64,000 nucleotides of DNA. Source: the human T2T-CHM13v2.0 reference genome, Homo sapiens. The notes below the pieces were generated by a model. That model searched no databases. It was not told the origin of the DNA and worked only from the letters and a program-made list of their open reading frames with translations. The position numbers and the translations under genes were made by a program. This document shows positions 1 through 13,907 of this stretch, in pieces; position 1 is the first letter of the stretch, and the number at the start of each line of letters is the position of its first letter. Where the stretch lies: the NCBI RefSeq assembly GCF_009914755.1, contig NC_060934.1. One strand, given 5' to 3'.

Positions 1-1270
1 AACTCTGGTTGATTTCTTAGCTAAAATTACTTACAGGAAGAAAATTGCCTAAGTGTCTTTGATTACTATGGAATATTTGAGTCCTCATCAAGCCATACCA
101 AACATTTTACACACACACATACACACAAAAAACGCCTTGAACGGCATTGTATTTAAATATGATGATGTTTTTGATAGGGATAACAAGAATTATTATTACC
201 TATGTGAATTCCCACCTAAGGATTAACCTTGCTCTATGGATTTCATAACTATGGCATTATAGCTGTGCTTTTCATAATGAAGGGAAAAATTCAGCATCAA
301 ATAAGAAATTTGCCATGGTTCACGTACTCCCCCACATCTGTGAGAGAAGGATATTCAACTATTCCAGCTACAAATTTCTAAGCATTTTGTTTCCTAAAGG
401 GGAATTTACCTGAGCTCCTATAGGGAAGAGATTCATGCTCACAAACTTAAGTCATAATGCCCCGAACCACAGTCACAATTTTAACAGCATTTATTGTATT
501 TATTTATTTTTGCTAATTCTTCTTCATGAAAAGAAGTTGAGAATAGTCTCAGACTTCTGCTAGAGAACAGGAAAGAACCAACTGTACCAGATGTAGCTCC
601 ATTCACCCTCCCCTGACACTGACCCCCTCCCACCCCCCACCAAATAACAGTCTCCCAGTCAGAATGGGAATTGTCACAAAAGATGGATAACTGGAGTACA
701 ATTAACTGCGAGATTTGAGTCTTTTAAAGAACCTGGACCAAAGAGAGAGAAATTTGTTCTCTTAGCTAAATTATTCCTTCTGAACTCATTCTTCCCAATA
801 CCTTTTGCTCATTAGCTTAAATGAACTCAATGATCTCCCAGCCCAACCAGACTGCTGGGAGTCTGTGATTCAAAGCCCTCACCTGAGCTCAGAGGTCTCC
901 AATCTATTCATCACCACGGAGATTTCCCATTCTCCTCTACCTTGCCCACTCACCAAGTTTTCAAAGGTTGTGTTCATTAAAGAAGCAGCACTGATTATGT
1001 CCAATTAATTAATTTTTCTACTTCAAATTAAGTAGACACAGATAACCACCAAGCAGCGTGGTTGAGCAGCATGAAAGATCCAGGATTACCACAATACCAC
1101 CCTAGCTGCTTCTGAGGTTCCTATACATGATGTTTTAGGGTGGCGAAATATAGGACTTTCACTAGATTTTCTGAAATATAGAGAATAACTTAAGAAATCT
1201 GAGTTTGGGAGCACTGCCTCTGAGCCCCCATACAAGACTATCCTTGGGCGAATCCATCCTATAGGACTCA

Positions 1271-2060
1271 TGTGAGCATTACCCCCGTTTTGAGAGCCCC
1301 CAGCTAAATTGGGGCACCTGCACTGGAGCAGCCAACAACCCTTTCCTAAAAGGAAATGAATAGAGCTGGATGTGAGTGTTGCAGTGTGCCTTTCACAAAA
1401 TATTCCCTTACCTAGTGGACAGCCTAATGTCTGGTTGTCTGAACTGCAACCAGGTAGTCCCTCACAGAGGAAACTTGTTTATACTGGCAGATGCCTTTGT
1501 GGCTCTTGTCTGACCTGTGTCCAGTTTATTCCTGCCTGACAATTGCTCTGATGCTGGGAGCCCAGCTTTGTGTTTTCCTCAGCATCCCAGGGATGACCTG
1601 GCCTGGGGCAGCCCCCCAGTCTTCAGACGAAAGGTACGAATTCAATACACCACCTCAACAGGAAACATGTGTAGAGATTTTTACTTACAGATCCTGGACA
1701 GAGGGGGTGTCGTGAGTCCTCAGGTCACAAAGCAGGAAGGAAGAGTCAGGAAGAGAGAAGGGGCGTGTGTGGTAACTAGTTGCACATCTAAGGGAGTAGG
1801 GTGTGGGTCACTTTAAGTTCATGGGCAAATGTCTGCATGGTCCTTTTAAGTGGAGTTGTAGAAAAGCAGGGAGCCCATCGGCTAGGCCAGAGAGATGCCT
1901 CTAAGTTCTTATCTTTCGCCACCAGCTTGAGCCACCTGGATGTGGTTCAAAACTGGAAACTGTGTCCAGGGTGACTGAGCCCTGCTTCTGGTACAAGAAA
2001 GTTAAACCTGTATTCAAGATGGATGCTGAAGCAACATAAAATGATAAGAATTCACTAAAT
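1271..2060 (-). mobile_element. ERVL-class solo LTR, MER54-like (MER54/73/74 group)
   Basis: The reverse complement of 1880-2060 reads TTTAGTGAATTCTTATCATTTTATGTTGC...CCAGAAGCAGGGCTCAGTCACCCTGGACACAGTTTCCAG...GATAAGAACTTAGAGGCATCTC, matching the recalled MER54/MER74 5' end. The group motif GGAAACTTGTTTATACTGGCAGATGCC is at ~1469. Left boundary approximate. Confidence 0.65.
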
Positions 2061-2209
2061 CTCCACCTCCCTTAGAGTGGGTGTCCTGGCTAAACTGCAT
2101 AGATATATCTATTTCAAGATGTTGCTGTATATTAAGCATGGTACTGGATGCTTTACAAACACGACCTGAAAAAGTCGTCATAGTAAGTAACTCTATGAAG
2201 TAGGTATTC

Positions 2210-2465
2210 AATCATTCATCCAACCACTAATTCAGCAAAACTCTGTATAAGGCTTACAATGTACAAAGTACAGTCTAGGCTGGTAGGTCTACAGCACTGG
2301 AAAAGACCCATGAAATACTTCCCTCCAGGAGTGTACACTCCAGCCTGGAGATGCAGATGACAAGTGAAGAAACAATTGTGCAAGGAAATAAATAGGATAA
2401 CCTAATAAAGAATGAAGAGACACACTACTTAGATAACATGCTCAGAGATGTTCTCACTGAGGCCC
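2210..2465 (-). mobile_element. L2 LINE 3' fragment
   Basis: TCATTCATCCAACC...ACAATGTACAAAGTACAGTCTAGGC...CCCTCCAGGAGTGTACACTCCAG resembles an antisense L2 3' end. Confidence 0.55.
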
Positions 2466-2509
2466 TAACACCTGGTCCAAGACCTTACGGTCCTACACCT
2501 ACTTTGCCA

Positions 2510-2640
2510 AGGGAAAAACGGAGGCTCACAGAGGTTGAGTAAAGAGCCTGACATCACAGTTAGTGACACCAAGCCAGATTCTAACCTAGAGTTGTCAATC
2601 TCCAAGCCTGTTGACTTTTCACTACAACAATTGCCTCCCA
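2510..2640 (-). mobile_element. MIR fragment
   Basis: GGAAAAACGGAGGCTCACAGAGGTTGAGT...CACAGTTAGTGAC is the antisense MIR core. Confidence 0.55.
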
Positions 2641-3279
2641 AGAGGGACCTGATAAACATCAAATTCTGCTCTATATTACAGGCTATTGTAGCAGAGGTTT
2701 CAGTCTAGCTAGGCTGTACAGAGAGGAGAATGTTGACAAAAAGAGAGATGATAACAAGGAGATAAAATTCATAACCATCCTCATGTATATGAGTGGAAAA
2801 ACATAATGGATCAGCACTTAATTTCTCTTTCTTCATTTTCTTCCTCTATTAATTTTTCATCAAAACCAAAACATTTGATTTTTTCTTCCTTGGGGATTCT
2901 GATAAATAGAGTTCTGGTTTATTCCTTAGATGTAATGTATTTTCAGAGCCTGTTTTTAAAGATATGAACGTTACATAAACACAGATGTCCTCATCAAAGT
3001 CTAGATCATCACCACCCCCAAATCTTCATAAAGAAGTAGAGGTCCATTTAAAACGCACACAAAGGAAAAAAGTTCTCGTTGGCTGATTGGGTAAGTAGCA
3101 CAGAGAACTGCCTTGATTACAAATGACATTTAGAGGTTCTCTCTTGTACTTGGCCATTTTCTCTGTTGAGTAATCCTGAACAGGAGCTAAGGTGTTCATT
3201 CGGAATGCTCCCAAGAACAGTTTTATTGAACATAGGTTTTACTGAAACTGAAGCACCCAGCTATCTTTGAACCCCACAG

Positions 3280-3305
3280 AAAAAAAAAAAAAAAAAAAAA
3301 AAAAA
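3280..3305 (+). repeat. poly(A) tract (26 A)
   Basis: Uninterrupted A run seen directly. Confidence 0.95.
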
Positions 3306-3954
3306 CTTCTTTCAGTAAATTAAGGGCTATTACCTGAGAAAGGAGAGCAATTGAGGCCCTGCCTCCAGAGGAAGAACAAAGCCTCCAGTTTTAAGTGCAA
3401 TGGAAGAAATTGGGGCTCAATTTAGAGAGGAAAGCTCTGACAGAGAAGTCATTAGAGACAAGGAGGGAAAACCATCAGGAGAGCTTGATTGTGGCCACTC
3501 CTAATTCTCTTTTCGAACAAGACAGCTATTAATCTCTGCGATGTGCAAGTAGAACAGCAATCCATTTCAGTCCCACAATACCCTAATATGAAGAAAGGCC
3601 CCAAACCCAGGACTCCTGGAAGAAAATGTCACTCCGACACAAACTGCTCCCCAGATGGCCTGAAGTGATCGCCCTGTTTATGGTACCCCCTTAATGGCAT
3701 GATGTTGCTAATAATACAAAGTATGGTTGGGGGAAAGTTTCTGGAGGTTTAGAACCTGGGCTTTGCAATCAGACAGAGGGGTCTTGGCTCTGCCACTTGA
3801 TAGCTATGACGTGGGATTTTCATGAACCCGGAGTGAACTTACTATTTTTCCAAGGCCTTGAAATACCCTACACAATAATACAATATAGTCTTCTCCACCC
3901 AATTAAGAAAAAATAAAGCATGTTTTTATAGGTGGTAGCCAAAATTTCAAAATC

Positions 3955-4001
3955 AGAGATAGATATATATATAAAAATATATACACACGTATATATACAT
4001 A

Positions 4002-4045
<44 letters not shown>

Positions 4046-4070
4046 TACATACATATAGAGACAGAGACAG
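3955..4070. repeat. (TA)n / (TACA)n microsatellite
   Basis: Long alternating TA run with CA interruptions. Confidence 0.95.
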
Positions 4071-4367
4071 CTAATCAGAATCCTTGTTTGAGATTTTCTT
4101 CTTAAAACTGAGAGGAAGTTAGGCACCCCCTTCCCCAACCTCTGCAGAAGTTGCAGGGTACAAGCTGTTGGGAGTTGAGAGCTTACTGCAATAGTCTGCA
4201 ATGAGAATGGAGAAACTTAAACTGAGGACAACCGAGGCAAAGAAAGAAGGTCCTACAGGGCCTCAGGTCCCAGGTTCTAAGTGTTCTGAACTTGGCTGCC
4301 TGTGTGACCCTTTTATTATTTGGTTATGCAAACTTCCTTGAATTATCTAAAATGGCTGTCTGTAAAC

Positions 4368-4568
4368 TAAGGGTCTACAAGACAAATCTGGTCAGCTTAT
4401 TTTTGTAAATACAGTTTTATTAGGACATAGCCACAGGAATTTGTCTACTTCCAAATTGTCCACGGATGCTTTCACACTACAGAGGCTGAGTTGTGTCACT
4501 GGGACAGAAACCATATGAAAATGTTCACTATTTGGACCTTTACAGAAAAACTCTGTCAATCCTTGACC
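4368..4568. mobile_element. MER58A-like hAT-Charlie non-autonomous element
   Basis: TTTTTGTAAATACAGTTTTATTAGGACATAGCCAC...TATTTGGACCTTTACAGAAAAA is typical of MER58. Confidence 0.7.
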
Positions 4569-4812
4569 TAAAACAATTCAGAAGTCTTTCAATGATTTCT
4601 CCTTTTTGCCCAAGTTAACTCAGGTTGCTTTCTGTCGCTTGCCACCACGAATCATGATTAGATCAGTCTTCAAATTTCTCTTGTGCTTAGCACACCCAAT
4701 GCACAGCTTACATGCTGTCCAGTCCTGTGCTAAAGCCTTTTGTCCTTTTTTGTGTTCATCTTCTCTTTATGATCATTCCTTTTGGTGCAGGAGTTATGCC
4801 ATCCTGCTTTAG

Positions 4813-5827
<1,015 letters not shown>

Positions 5828-6098
5828 TAGGCCCTCCCTCCTTCCTTCACCTGTCAACTATAAAGGCAAGGCAGGAGCTATTTTCATTCATCTTCGGTTT
5901 TTCCCTTTCTTGGTGTCTAGTGCAAAGTAGATACTCAAAAAGCATACGTTGTATGTATCTTGAAATAAATTTTTAAATATTTCTTCACTTTCCAAAAGAA
6001 GACCAGTTTCCATGCCAAATGTTAGCAGGAGAGCCATTCCACCAAGAAACAAAATAAATCTTCAGTCTCTAAACATTTTTAGTACGATTAGTCTAAAA

Positions 6099-6280
6099 CT
6101 GTCATTTCAAAGCATGGTCTATAAGCAGCAACAGCAGCCCCACCCAGGAACTTATGAGAAACAAATTCTCAAGGCCCCACTCCAGACCTTGTAAATTAGA
6201 AACTGATGGGTGGGACCCAGCAATCGGTGTTTTATCAAGACCACCAAGTGATTGTGATGCTCACTAAAATTTGATGCTCT
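6099..6280. mobile_element. MER5A hAT-Charlie element
   Basis: AAATTCTCAAGGCCCCACTCCAGACC...GGTGGGACCCAGCAATCGGTGTTTTATCAAG...GTGATTGTGATGC. Confidence 0.75.
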
Positions 6281-6289
6281 AAAGCAAAA

Positions 6290-7055
6290 GCAACAGATCA
6301 GCAAACTTTTCTGTAAAAGCCAGATAATAAATACTTAGGCTCAGGGTCAAGAAAATCAAAGATAGTAGATAGTGTTTACATAACAAGAGAGAACACGAAT
6401 TTTATAAATTTCCGACGAGCTTTAGAAGTATGTTATATAATATATTGTGATAATAATGGGATATAATTTTTTGTAATACAGGTCTACTAATTAAAAGAAT
6501 AGAATATGTTTTTAGGAATAACATTTTGATTAATTGTAGTTCTAAGTTAATTTTTACTATTGCTGTGGTCTGAATGCTTGTATTTTCATCCAAAATTTAT
6601 ATGTTGAAGTCTAATCTCCAGTGTGATAGTATTTAGAGGTATGGCCTTTGAGAGATAATAAGGTCATGAGGGTGAAGCCCTCTTGACAGAATTAGTGCCC
6701 TTATAAGAACAGACTTGAGAGAGCTTCCTTCTCCTCTCTGATTTCTGCCATGTGAGAACACAATGAGAAGATCGCCATCTGCAAACTAGGACGCTGGCCT
6801 TCACCAGACACCAGATCTGCAGGCACCTTGATCATTAACTTCACAGCCTCTAGAACTATGAGAAATAAATGTTCATTGTTTAAGCCACCCAGCCTATATA
6901 TCATAGTACATATTTTAAAGCAGCCCAAACTGACTAAGACAGATATCCTCAAATTGATTGTAAAATATTCTTCTTTAAAAACAACTATTAGTTCATAAGA
7001 ACAGGCTATGAGACAGATGTGGTCCACAGGCTGTGGATTACCAACTGTTACTCTA
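6290..7055. mobile_element. MER58-family (MER58B/C-like) element interrupted by an MLT1A LTR
   Basis: MER58 end TCAGCAAACTTTTCTGTAAAAGCCAGATAATAAATA at 6298. The opposite end CAGATGTGGTCCACAGGCTGTGGATTACCAAC is at ~7014-7045. Confidence 0.55.
6561..6941 (+). mobile_element. MaLR solo LTR, MLT1A-like
   Basis: Starts TGCTGTGGTCTGAATG, carries AATAAA at ~6865, ends GCAGCCCAAACTGACTAAGACA (TG...CA), ~380 bp. Confidence 0.85.
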
Positions 7056-7128
7056 AAGCACCAATGCCCACAATCAAGAGAGGGACCAAATATTCAGTGT
7101 AAGGTAGCAGAAAACCTTTGCATAAATT

Positions 7129-7355
7129 AGCAGTCTTCAACCGGGAATGGCTTTGCCTCCAAGGGACATTTGGCAATGGTTAGAGACATTTTAGGTTGTC
7201 GCAACTGGGGAATACAAGGGTGCGTGGGTTTGGGGCATGCTATTGTCATCTAAAGGGTAAAAGCCAGTAATGCTGTTAAACATCTTACAGGACAATCTCC
7301 TACGACAAAGAATTACCTGGCCCAACAAGTCACCAGTGCTGGTTGAGAACCACTG
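7129..7355. mobile_element. MER20 hAT-Charlie element
   Basis: GGGACATTTGGCAATGGTTAGAGACATTTTAGGTTGTCGCAACTGGGG...GGTTGAGAACCACTG. Confidence 0.85.
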
Positions 7356-8084
7356 GGACAGAGACTCTCTGTGGATCACTGCAGGCCTGAGAACCTCTTT
7401 TTCACCTCCTGTCATATTTCTATACTATACAGGCAGGTGCTCCAGTCTTATTCCTATTGTTAGTTTCCAATTCACACCTGAACTAGATATCTTTAAATGT
7501 TTGTGCCAAGATATTTGCAAGAAGCAAAGCTTCTCTTTCGGAGTTTTCAAATTTTCATTATTGAGGCAAACTTAATGTCAACTCTAATACTATTTAATTT
7601 CAGAGCTATCCTTCAGAAGCAGCCTGGCGCCTATTTTCTCCCAGGAATAGCATCATGACGTTGGATATTTGTTGTAAGGAGGAAAACACAAAATGCTACT
7701 CAACAGGATCTTTGGCAAAAGAAAATGTCCCAGAATGTCCTAGGGTGTTGATGACTGTACAGGACATTGGAGAATCAAGAGGCCTTCAGTTTGGAAAACT
7801 TCTAATGATTCTAGTTGTGGAAGGGATGTAATAATCATCGATAACTTATACCCTTCCCCCATTCTTCCCTTTAAAATAGGACACATCAGAAGCCAAGACA
7901 TTCCTGAACCCGCTACCTGAATCAAAGAAAAAGTGCCTCCCCTTCTCCATGGTGTGGTCTAAGTTCATCATTAAGCTACAAAATCATAGATTTGCTGAAT
8001 CAGGTGATGGCTGGCAAATCAGTTGAAGTTAGGTAGCCTGTAGTTGAGGGTGGAGGAAAATATTGCTCTGTGCTAGGGAAATGT

Positions 8085-8310
8085 TAGCTAATATTTATTG
8101 ATATTTACTACATGCTGGGCACTCTCCAAGTGTTTTGGGATATCCTATTATTTCATCCTTACAACAATCCTATGAGACAGATCCCATTATCCTCTTTTTA
8201 CAGATGAGGAAAGAGGCACATTAACTTGTAAAGCCAGATAACTGGTAGAACCAGTATTGAATCTAGATATTTCTGACTCCACACTTGGGATCTTAAACAT
8301 TATTGCATCA
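8085..8310 (-). mobile_element. MIR
   Basis: ATCCTTACAACAATCCTATGAG...TTTTACAGATGAGGAAA is the antisense MIR core. Confidence 0.8.
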
Positions 8311-8360
8311 TTAAGGCTTTCTAGATGCAATGGAACCACATCATTGATAAATTAAAAATT

Positions 8361-8669
8361 GGCTGGGTGCAATTTTTAATTGGTTCATGCCTGTAATCCC
8401 AGCACTTGGGGTGGCCAAGACAAAAGGATCCCTTCAGCCCAGTAGTTTGAGAACAGCCTGGCAACATAGTAAGTCACCATTTCTACAAAAAAATAAAATA
8501 GCTAGGCATGGTGGTGTGCACCTATAGTCCCAGCTACTCAGGAGACTGAGGTGTGATGATGATCACTTGAGCCCAGAAGTTTGAGACTACAGTGAGTTAT
8601 GACGGTGCCACCGCACTCCAACGTAGGCAACAGAGTGACACCCTGTCTCAAAAAAATAAAAATAAAAAA
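8361..8669 (+). mobile_element. AluJ-like SINE
   Basis: Diverged dimeric Alu with an A-rich linker and poly(A) tail. It has an AT-rich insertion near its 5' end (see findings). Confidence 0.9.
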
Positions 8670-10879
8670 GCTGACAAGGGGAAGAAAATTAGTTATGTCA
8701 ATACCCTAAAAATATGCCAGCTATTGACCACTGTCTAAATGACTACTTGAAGGTGTACTCCAGATGACCAAGACTTAAATCCAAATGAAAATAGTCAAGA
8801 ACAATGATATTAGTCACTGTATTAATGGCCCAGCCTAGTGGCCAGTAGAACTCCCAAGAAGCATAATGCCCAATTCATCACAAGGGTCCTAAGGAGAATT
8901 ATCCCCTAAGTTAATTATACTTGGTTCTTCTGGCAACACTAATGAATGTGGGGGGGAAATGTAGAAAGCTAGTTGGCTCAATAACAATGATATCTGGATG
9001 AAGCCTAATAATAAAAATATTGCTTATAAGCCATTACCCGTTGTTAAGAGAAAAGCCTTATAATTAGATATTTCTCTCAAAAATACTTTACTTAGGCAGG
9101 TTTTCAATCAGATTCAGAAGCCCAAATAAATATTTCTAAAAATGTGGGAAAAAGAAAAACATATACAAGAATATCCATGTATGTATCTCTGAGTAAATGG
9201 ACCATTAGGATGTGCTTTAAATGTTTATGCATTTTTCAAATTTTTTTTAATAAACAGGCACTATTTTAATGAAAGCAAACCTTCTAAATATTTAAATACA
9301 AAGCAAATAAAAAGCAAAGATTTATATCCTGAGATTCTGCTTATATTCTGAGATTTGAATGTACTAGTTTCAAAAAATAAAGTGATCTCTCTAAAAAGTA
9401 GTGTACCATTCACCTTAATAAACTGACCTGAGTCCTGAAATTCAAAGTATGACAGATTTTAATTTCATTTCATTCCATGAAAAAAGATAAAATAGCATAC
9501 CTTTAGGAGAAAAATTTTATTTAAACGTGTTTCAACTATCAGTGAGAATAGAAAAGGAAATATTTATGAGTCTGGTAAAAGAAAAATAATTCTTTCAAGT
9601 TCTTAATGAAAGACACAACTTTAGGAGAATTAGCTAAAGGGAAAAAATTGCATAAAGAGTTGAAAAGAAGGATAAATTATTTATTGGCTTTCCTCCTGCA
9701 GCGCTTTCTAAACTTTAGATATGCATCAAAAGTTGCCTGAAGTGAGCTAACTTCCGTAGCAAATTTCCATTTAGAATTATATTGTAGGTTTCAAAATGCT
9801 CTTGTTCCATTGTGTGCATGTTACATGTGTGAAAGGGTGGTCAAGTACAATGGTAATCTTAATCATATAACCAGAGCTCTCTTGATAGGGTACATATGTT
9901 CCTGGAAAGATGTATGCAAATCAAATTTTATTTGAAATGCACTTGGGAATTCACCCAGCAGTGAATTATTTAGGAAACCAGTAATTCCTGGATAATATGA
10001 AAAAGAAAAACTAAAACACTAAATTCTCCATCTGGCAAGCTTAATTGTTTTTCTTATTTGCTTTCTTCCAAAAGAACATGTTTGGACAATACGCACAGAA
10101 ACCCCTGACAAAATCCATTATTTGTATGAAAGGTTAGAGTTTTCAATTTAAGAACCAAGAACATTTGACCAGTTAGAGCAATCTGAGTGTAACTAAAAAC
10201 ATATGCTTCACCCTAGTAGAGGTAAAGCAATGCTTAAATACGTTTCCCGTATTAAAAATTTTCAGCATACAATTAATGTAAGACTGGATTTTCCCCCTTA
10301 TGTTAATCAATGGCATCTGTAAGCCAATTGGCACCTATTAGGAGCTGCATGAGTTCCAGATAGCTTTAAAAGGGTAATTATTTTCAAACCACTCGTGTAT
10401 TTTTAAATATTTAATTTAAAATTCAGAATAAAATTTGCCTCGTATGTTTGACATTTTGTCAGAGAAAATACAAATCTTCAAAACAATGATAATATCAACT
10501 GTGATTACAGCAAATTAGAATCACATCCAGTCTCCTCCCCTGGGGTGGTTTTGGGACCAAGACAAACACAGCTCAAGAAATTGAATTGCAATAACTAATT
10601 TGCCTTGACATTAAGCAAGAAAAATTGGAGGAGGCAAAGGTACCCGGGGTTACCTAAACCAGAAGCGCTGTTTCCTCAGTTCAGCTGACCGTCATTCTGT
10701 CAGGAAAAGTGAGGGATGTAAGAACACTGAAGATGCAGATCTTGGGTTGAGTAGATCACTCCCCAGTTCTGCAGATCAATACCTGAAATACTCACTGGGC
10801 CTAAGGGTGACCACTTGCTTGGGGCAGATAACGTCACATGATGTATGAGTGGGGAAAAATTCAGATCTTCTTCATAACA

Positions 10880-11110
10880 ACAGCTATCGTTTATTATGTC
10901 CCTCTATTGGCACTCCTCTTGGGCAAGGCTTTCTGCATATTTACCTCATTTGTTATTCCCAACACTGTTCCAAAGAAGGTATTACAATCCTCATAGCAAA
11001 CTGGAACTAAGTTAAAGGGACTTGCTCAGAGTCACACAGGTAGTGAGTGGCAGAGTGAGTTATTTTCAATCCATATCTGAGTCTCAAACCCAAATCTTTT
11101 CCAGTGTGTC
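10880..11110 (-). mobile_element. MIR
   Basis: GTTAAAGGGACTTGCTCAGAGTCACACAGGTAGTGAGTGGCAGAG. Confidence 0.7.
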
Positions 11111-11127
11111 AAGAATTTATAGCTAGT

Positions 11128-11670
11128 TGTGGCTGCCAGTCTCCAAGATTCCAAGATGTCCCCCAGCAATCCCCTCTTTGTGACATTCACACCCTTGTAT
11201 AGTCCCCTCCCTATTGTACCAGGGTTGACCTTGGTGACCAATCACGTATGGCAGAAGCAATGGCATATCACCTTTGAGATGAGGCTGTAAAAGGCTGTGG
11301 CTTACCTCCTAAGTGTTCTCTTGTTCTCTCTCTCTCTGTCTGTCTCTCTCTCTCTCTCTCTCAGCCTTTGCTCTTTGGGAAGCAAACTGCCATGTTGCAG
11401 CAGCCCTATGAAGACACCTGCTGGTGAGGACCTGAAGCTGTGGCCAACAGCTGGCAAGGACCTGAGTTTGGAAGTAGATTCTCCAGCCCAGGCCAAGGCT
11501 TCAGGTGACTGCAGACCTGGACAATGGCTTGACTGCAGCCTCATGAGAGATCCTGAGTCAGAACCACCCAGCTAAGCTGCTCCCAAATTCCTGACCTTCA
11601 GCATCTGGGTAACATGTTTACTGCTAAGGTGCTAAATTTTGGAGTAATTTGTTACATATATAACCAATAT
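11128..11670 (+). mobile_element. MaLR solo LTR, MLT1F-like, with internal (CT)n
   Basis: CTCCAAGATGTCCCCCAGCAATCCCC...GACTGCAGCCTCATGAGAGATCCTGAGTCAGAACCACCCAGCTAAGCTGCTCCCAAATTCCTGACC...TAATTTGTTAC. Confidence 0.85.
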
Positions 11671-12183
11671 ATGTATGCAAAGCCTCGTATAAATACAATG
11701 GGAGAAATAAAAAAAAGCTTAAGAATAACATGCTCCTGCTAGCAGCTCTCAAGTAGCTTTGAGACAGAAGGAAAGAGAAAAGCATATATGAGGGTAAATC
11801 ACAAATATTTTAGAAAATAATTCTGTGATCTTCTCTTGGGTTTTTCTGTGTGCAGCACCTTCTTCCTAATTAGCCCAAATTATCGAATCTGATACTTTAG
11901 GGGTATTGGGATTATTATAGAAGAGCTGCAAAGAGAAAGATTATAATTGAGTTTCCAAAATTCAAAATAGCATTTGTATGCAAGATAATTGGTCATAAGG
12001 CAGACATTGTTAAAAATGAAACAATTCTTTAAATTTCTTTAGCTCCCATTTAACATATCAAGGGCTAGTCTTGGCATATTAAATCACAGACTTTTTCCAC
12101 AATATAGATAATATAATTTTCTACCTATGATGGCTTGCCCAGAGTCAAAAGAAGACATAGGAAAGGTAAAGGAAAATTCTAAC

Positions 12184-12566
12184 TGCGGTGGACACCATGG
12201 TTCTCAGATAGTATGGCTTCCCAGGAAGCCCTTTCTGTCGGCCTTCTTAGGAACTTGCCTTAGCTGAAGAGTCATCTTGCCTGGGCTGTGCACCTTGGCA
12301 GGGCAGCTCCCATCCAATAACTGGTAGATGCAGGGCAATGTAAAGGCCTGTCCCTTTTGCCCCAACTCAGAATATCTCTGAAGGGCATCCCAGCTTCAGA
12401 GTTCCCTTAGGACTGTCTGGAGCCATCAAGATTGCAGCAGAGTACTCTACCCAGTCAGGTTTCCTTCCTGTGCCTTCCATAGGTGGTGATGACTAGAGGA
12501 CTCCCTAATAAGCCTTCTATATATTCATCTATATCTCAGTATCTGCTTTCCAGAAAACCTGTGACA
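12184..12566 (+). mobile_element. ERVL solo LTR, LTR16-like
   Basis: CCCCAACTCAGAATATCTCTGAAGGGCATCCCAGCTTCAGAGTTCCC...CTCCCTAATAAGCC...TCTCAGTATCTGCTTTCCAGAAAACC. Confidence 0.7.
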
Positions 12567-13772
12567 AGATCCCTTTGAGTCCAGTGGAATGTGGGGACAA
12601 AGTAGGGGAGAGGTAAATCTAAAATATCAGATTTATGTCCTAAAGCACAAAGCCTTGGAGAAGAGGGAGGTAGCTGATCAACACATTGCTGGCAGATGGC
12701 TTTGAGCCCAGCTTCCTATTTAGGACTTGGGAGCTCATCCTGCAGACCAGCACTGCCCCAATGCAGGGATCCCCCATATAGTCAAGAAGGCAGCACAGGA
12801 GGCTCAGCAAACAGATCAGGTTTGCTCTCCCAGGTTTCTCTGGGTTTCATTGCACAGGGAATGCAAAGCTGAGAGCCAACAGACCAGCCACAGAGCCTGC
12901 TAGGGTCAGCTAGGTGTGTGGGAAGAGAAGGCCCAGACCAGGGCCTGGCTGACGGATATAGCAGAGTTTCAGAGGGGTTTCTGGTCCCTAGACGTTAAGG
13001 GAAGTCTAAGGAGATAGGGAAGGAAGAAAAGACCCAGGAGAAGCTGGAAGACATGAGAAGGAGATTTAATAGCAGCAGTGGTGGCAGCAGCCAACATGAG
13101 CAGTGGATGGAAGCAGAATGTCCAAGTGTGGACCAGGCCAGCAAACCCAAAAGTCTAGCCCAGGGCCAGGTGGCCCTCTTTCACCCCAGTCCTATCAGGT
13201 CACATAAACCATTCCTTCCTCCATCTTCTTGGCCACCATATTGGACAGGAGGAGAGAAGAGAGCAAGGGGCTCTGAAGACTAATGTATTTAGCTGAGTCA
13301 TCCAAGCAGAGCAGCCTGTCAGCCTCAGTTATGGTACTACAACTTTAATGGTTGCTGTGAAGGTTCCAGGAGACATTGTCAATGCAAAATGTGCAAAATG
13401 TACTTTCATAAAATGTATGTTTTTAAAATGTATTAGGTTATCAGGATACTTAACCTCCTGTCTTTGACATTTCTATTTTTGTAAAGACTTTGTTTTCAAG
13501 TGGACAAGATAATTGTTGATGGTTGGATACATATTAAATTAGATGAAACCTGCTTGCATAAGCATTCCTGCTGCATTGTATAACCTGAGAGCCAGCACAT
13601 CTGCCATGGTGCCCCCACCATGATGTAGGTGTGGAGTCAGACTGCCCAGATTAGAGACCAGTTGAGGGCCTGAAGGAGATGAAGAGGAGTTGGTAGCCCT
13701 TAAGAGTGAAAGGGAGGCCAAGTCAGCCACCCGGTTGTGATTAAGAATCCCTGAATTTGTCTATGTTCAAAG

Positions 13773-13907
13773 TAGGATAACCATACACCCTGGTTTTCTT
13801 GGGATAGTCCCGGTTTTTACCTAAGATCCTCATGTTCCATCCAATTAGTATCCCCTTTCTTTCTCAAAAGTGTCCCACTTTAGATAGGAAATTATGTGGT
13901 CATATTA
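13773..13907. mobile_element. MER94-like hAT-Blackjack MITE
   Basis: TAGGATAACCATACACCCTGGTTT...GGGATAGTCCCGGTTT...TCTCAAAAGTGTCCC...TATGTGGTCATATTA, ~135 bp with degenerate TIRs. Confidence 0.7.

Noticed and set aside
12620-13310. Purine-rich block that may be another ancient LTR
   Set aside because: I could not assign ends or a family from the sequence alone.
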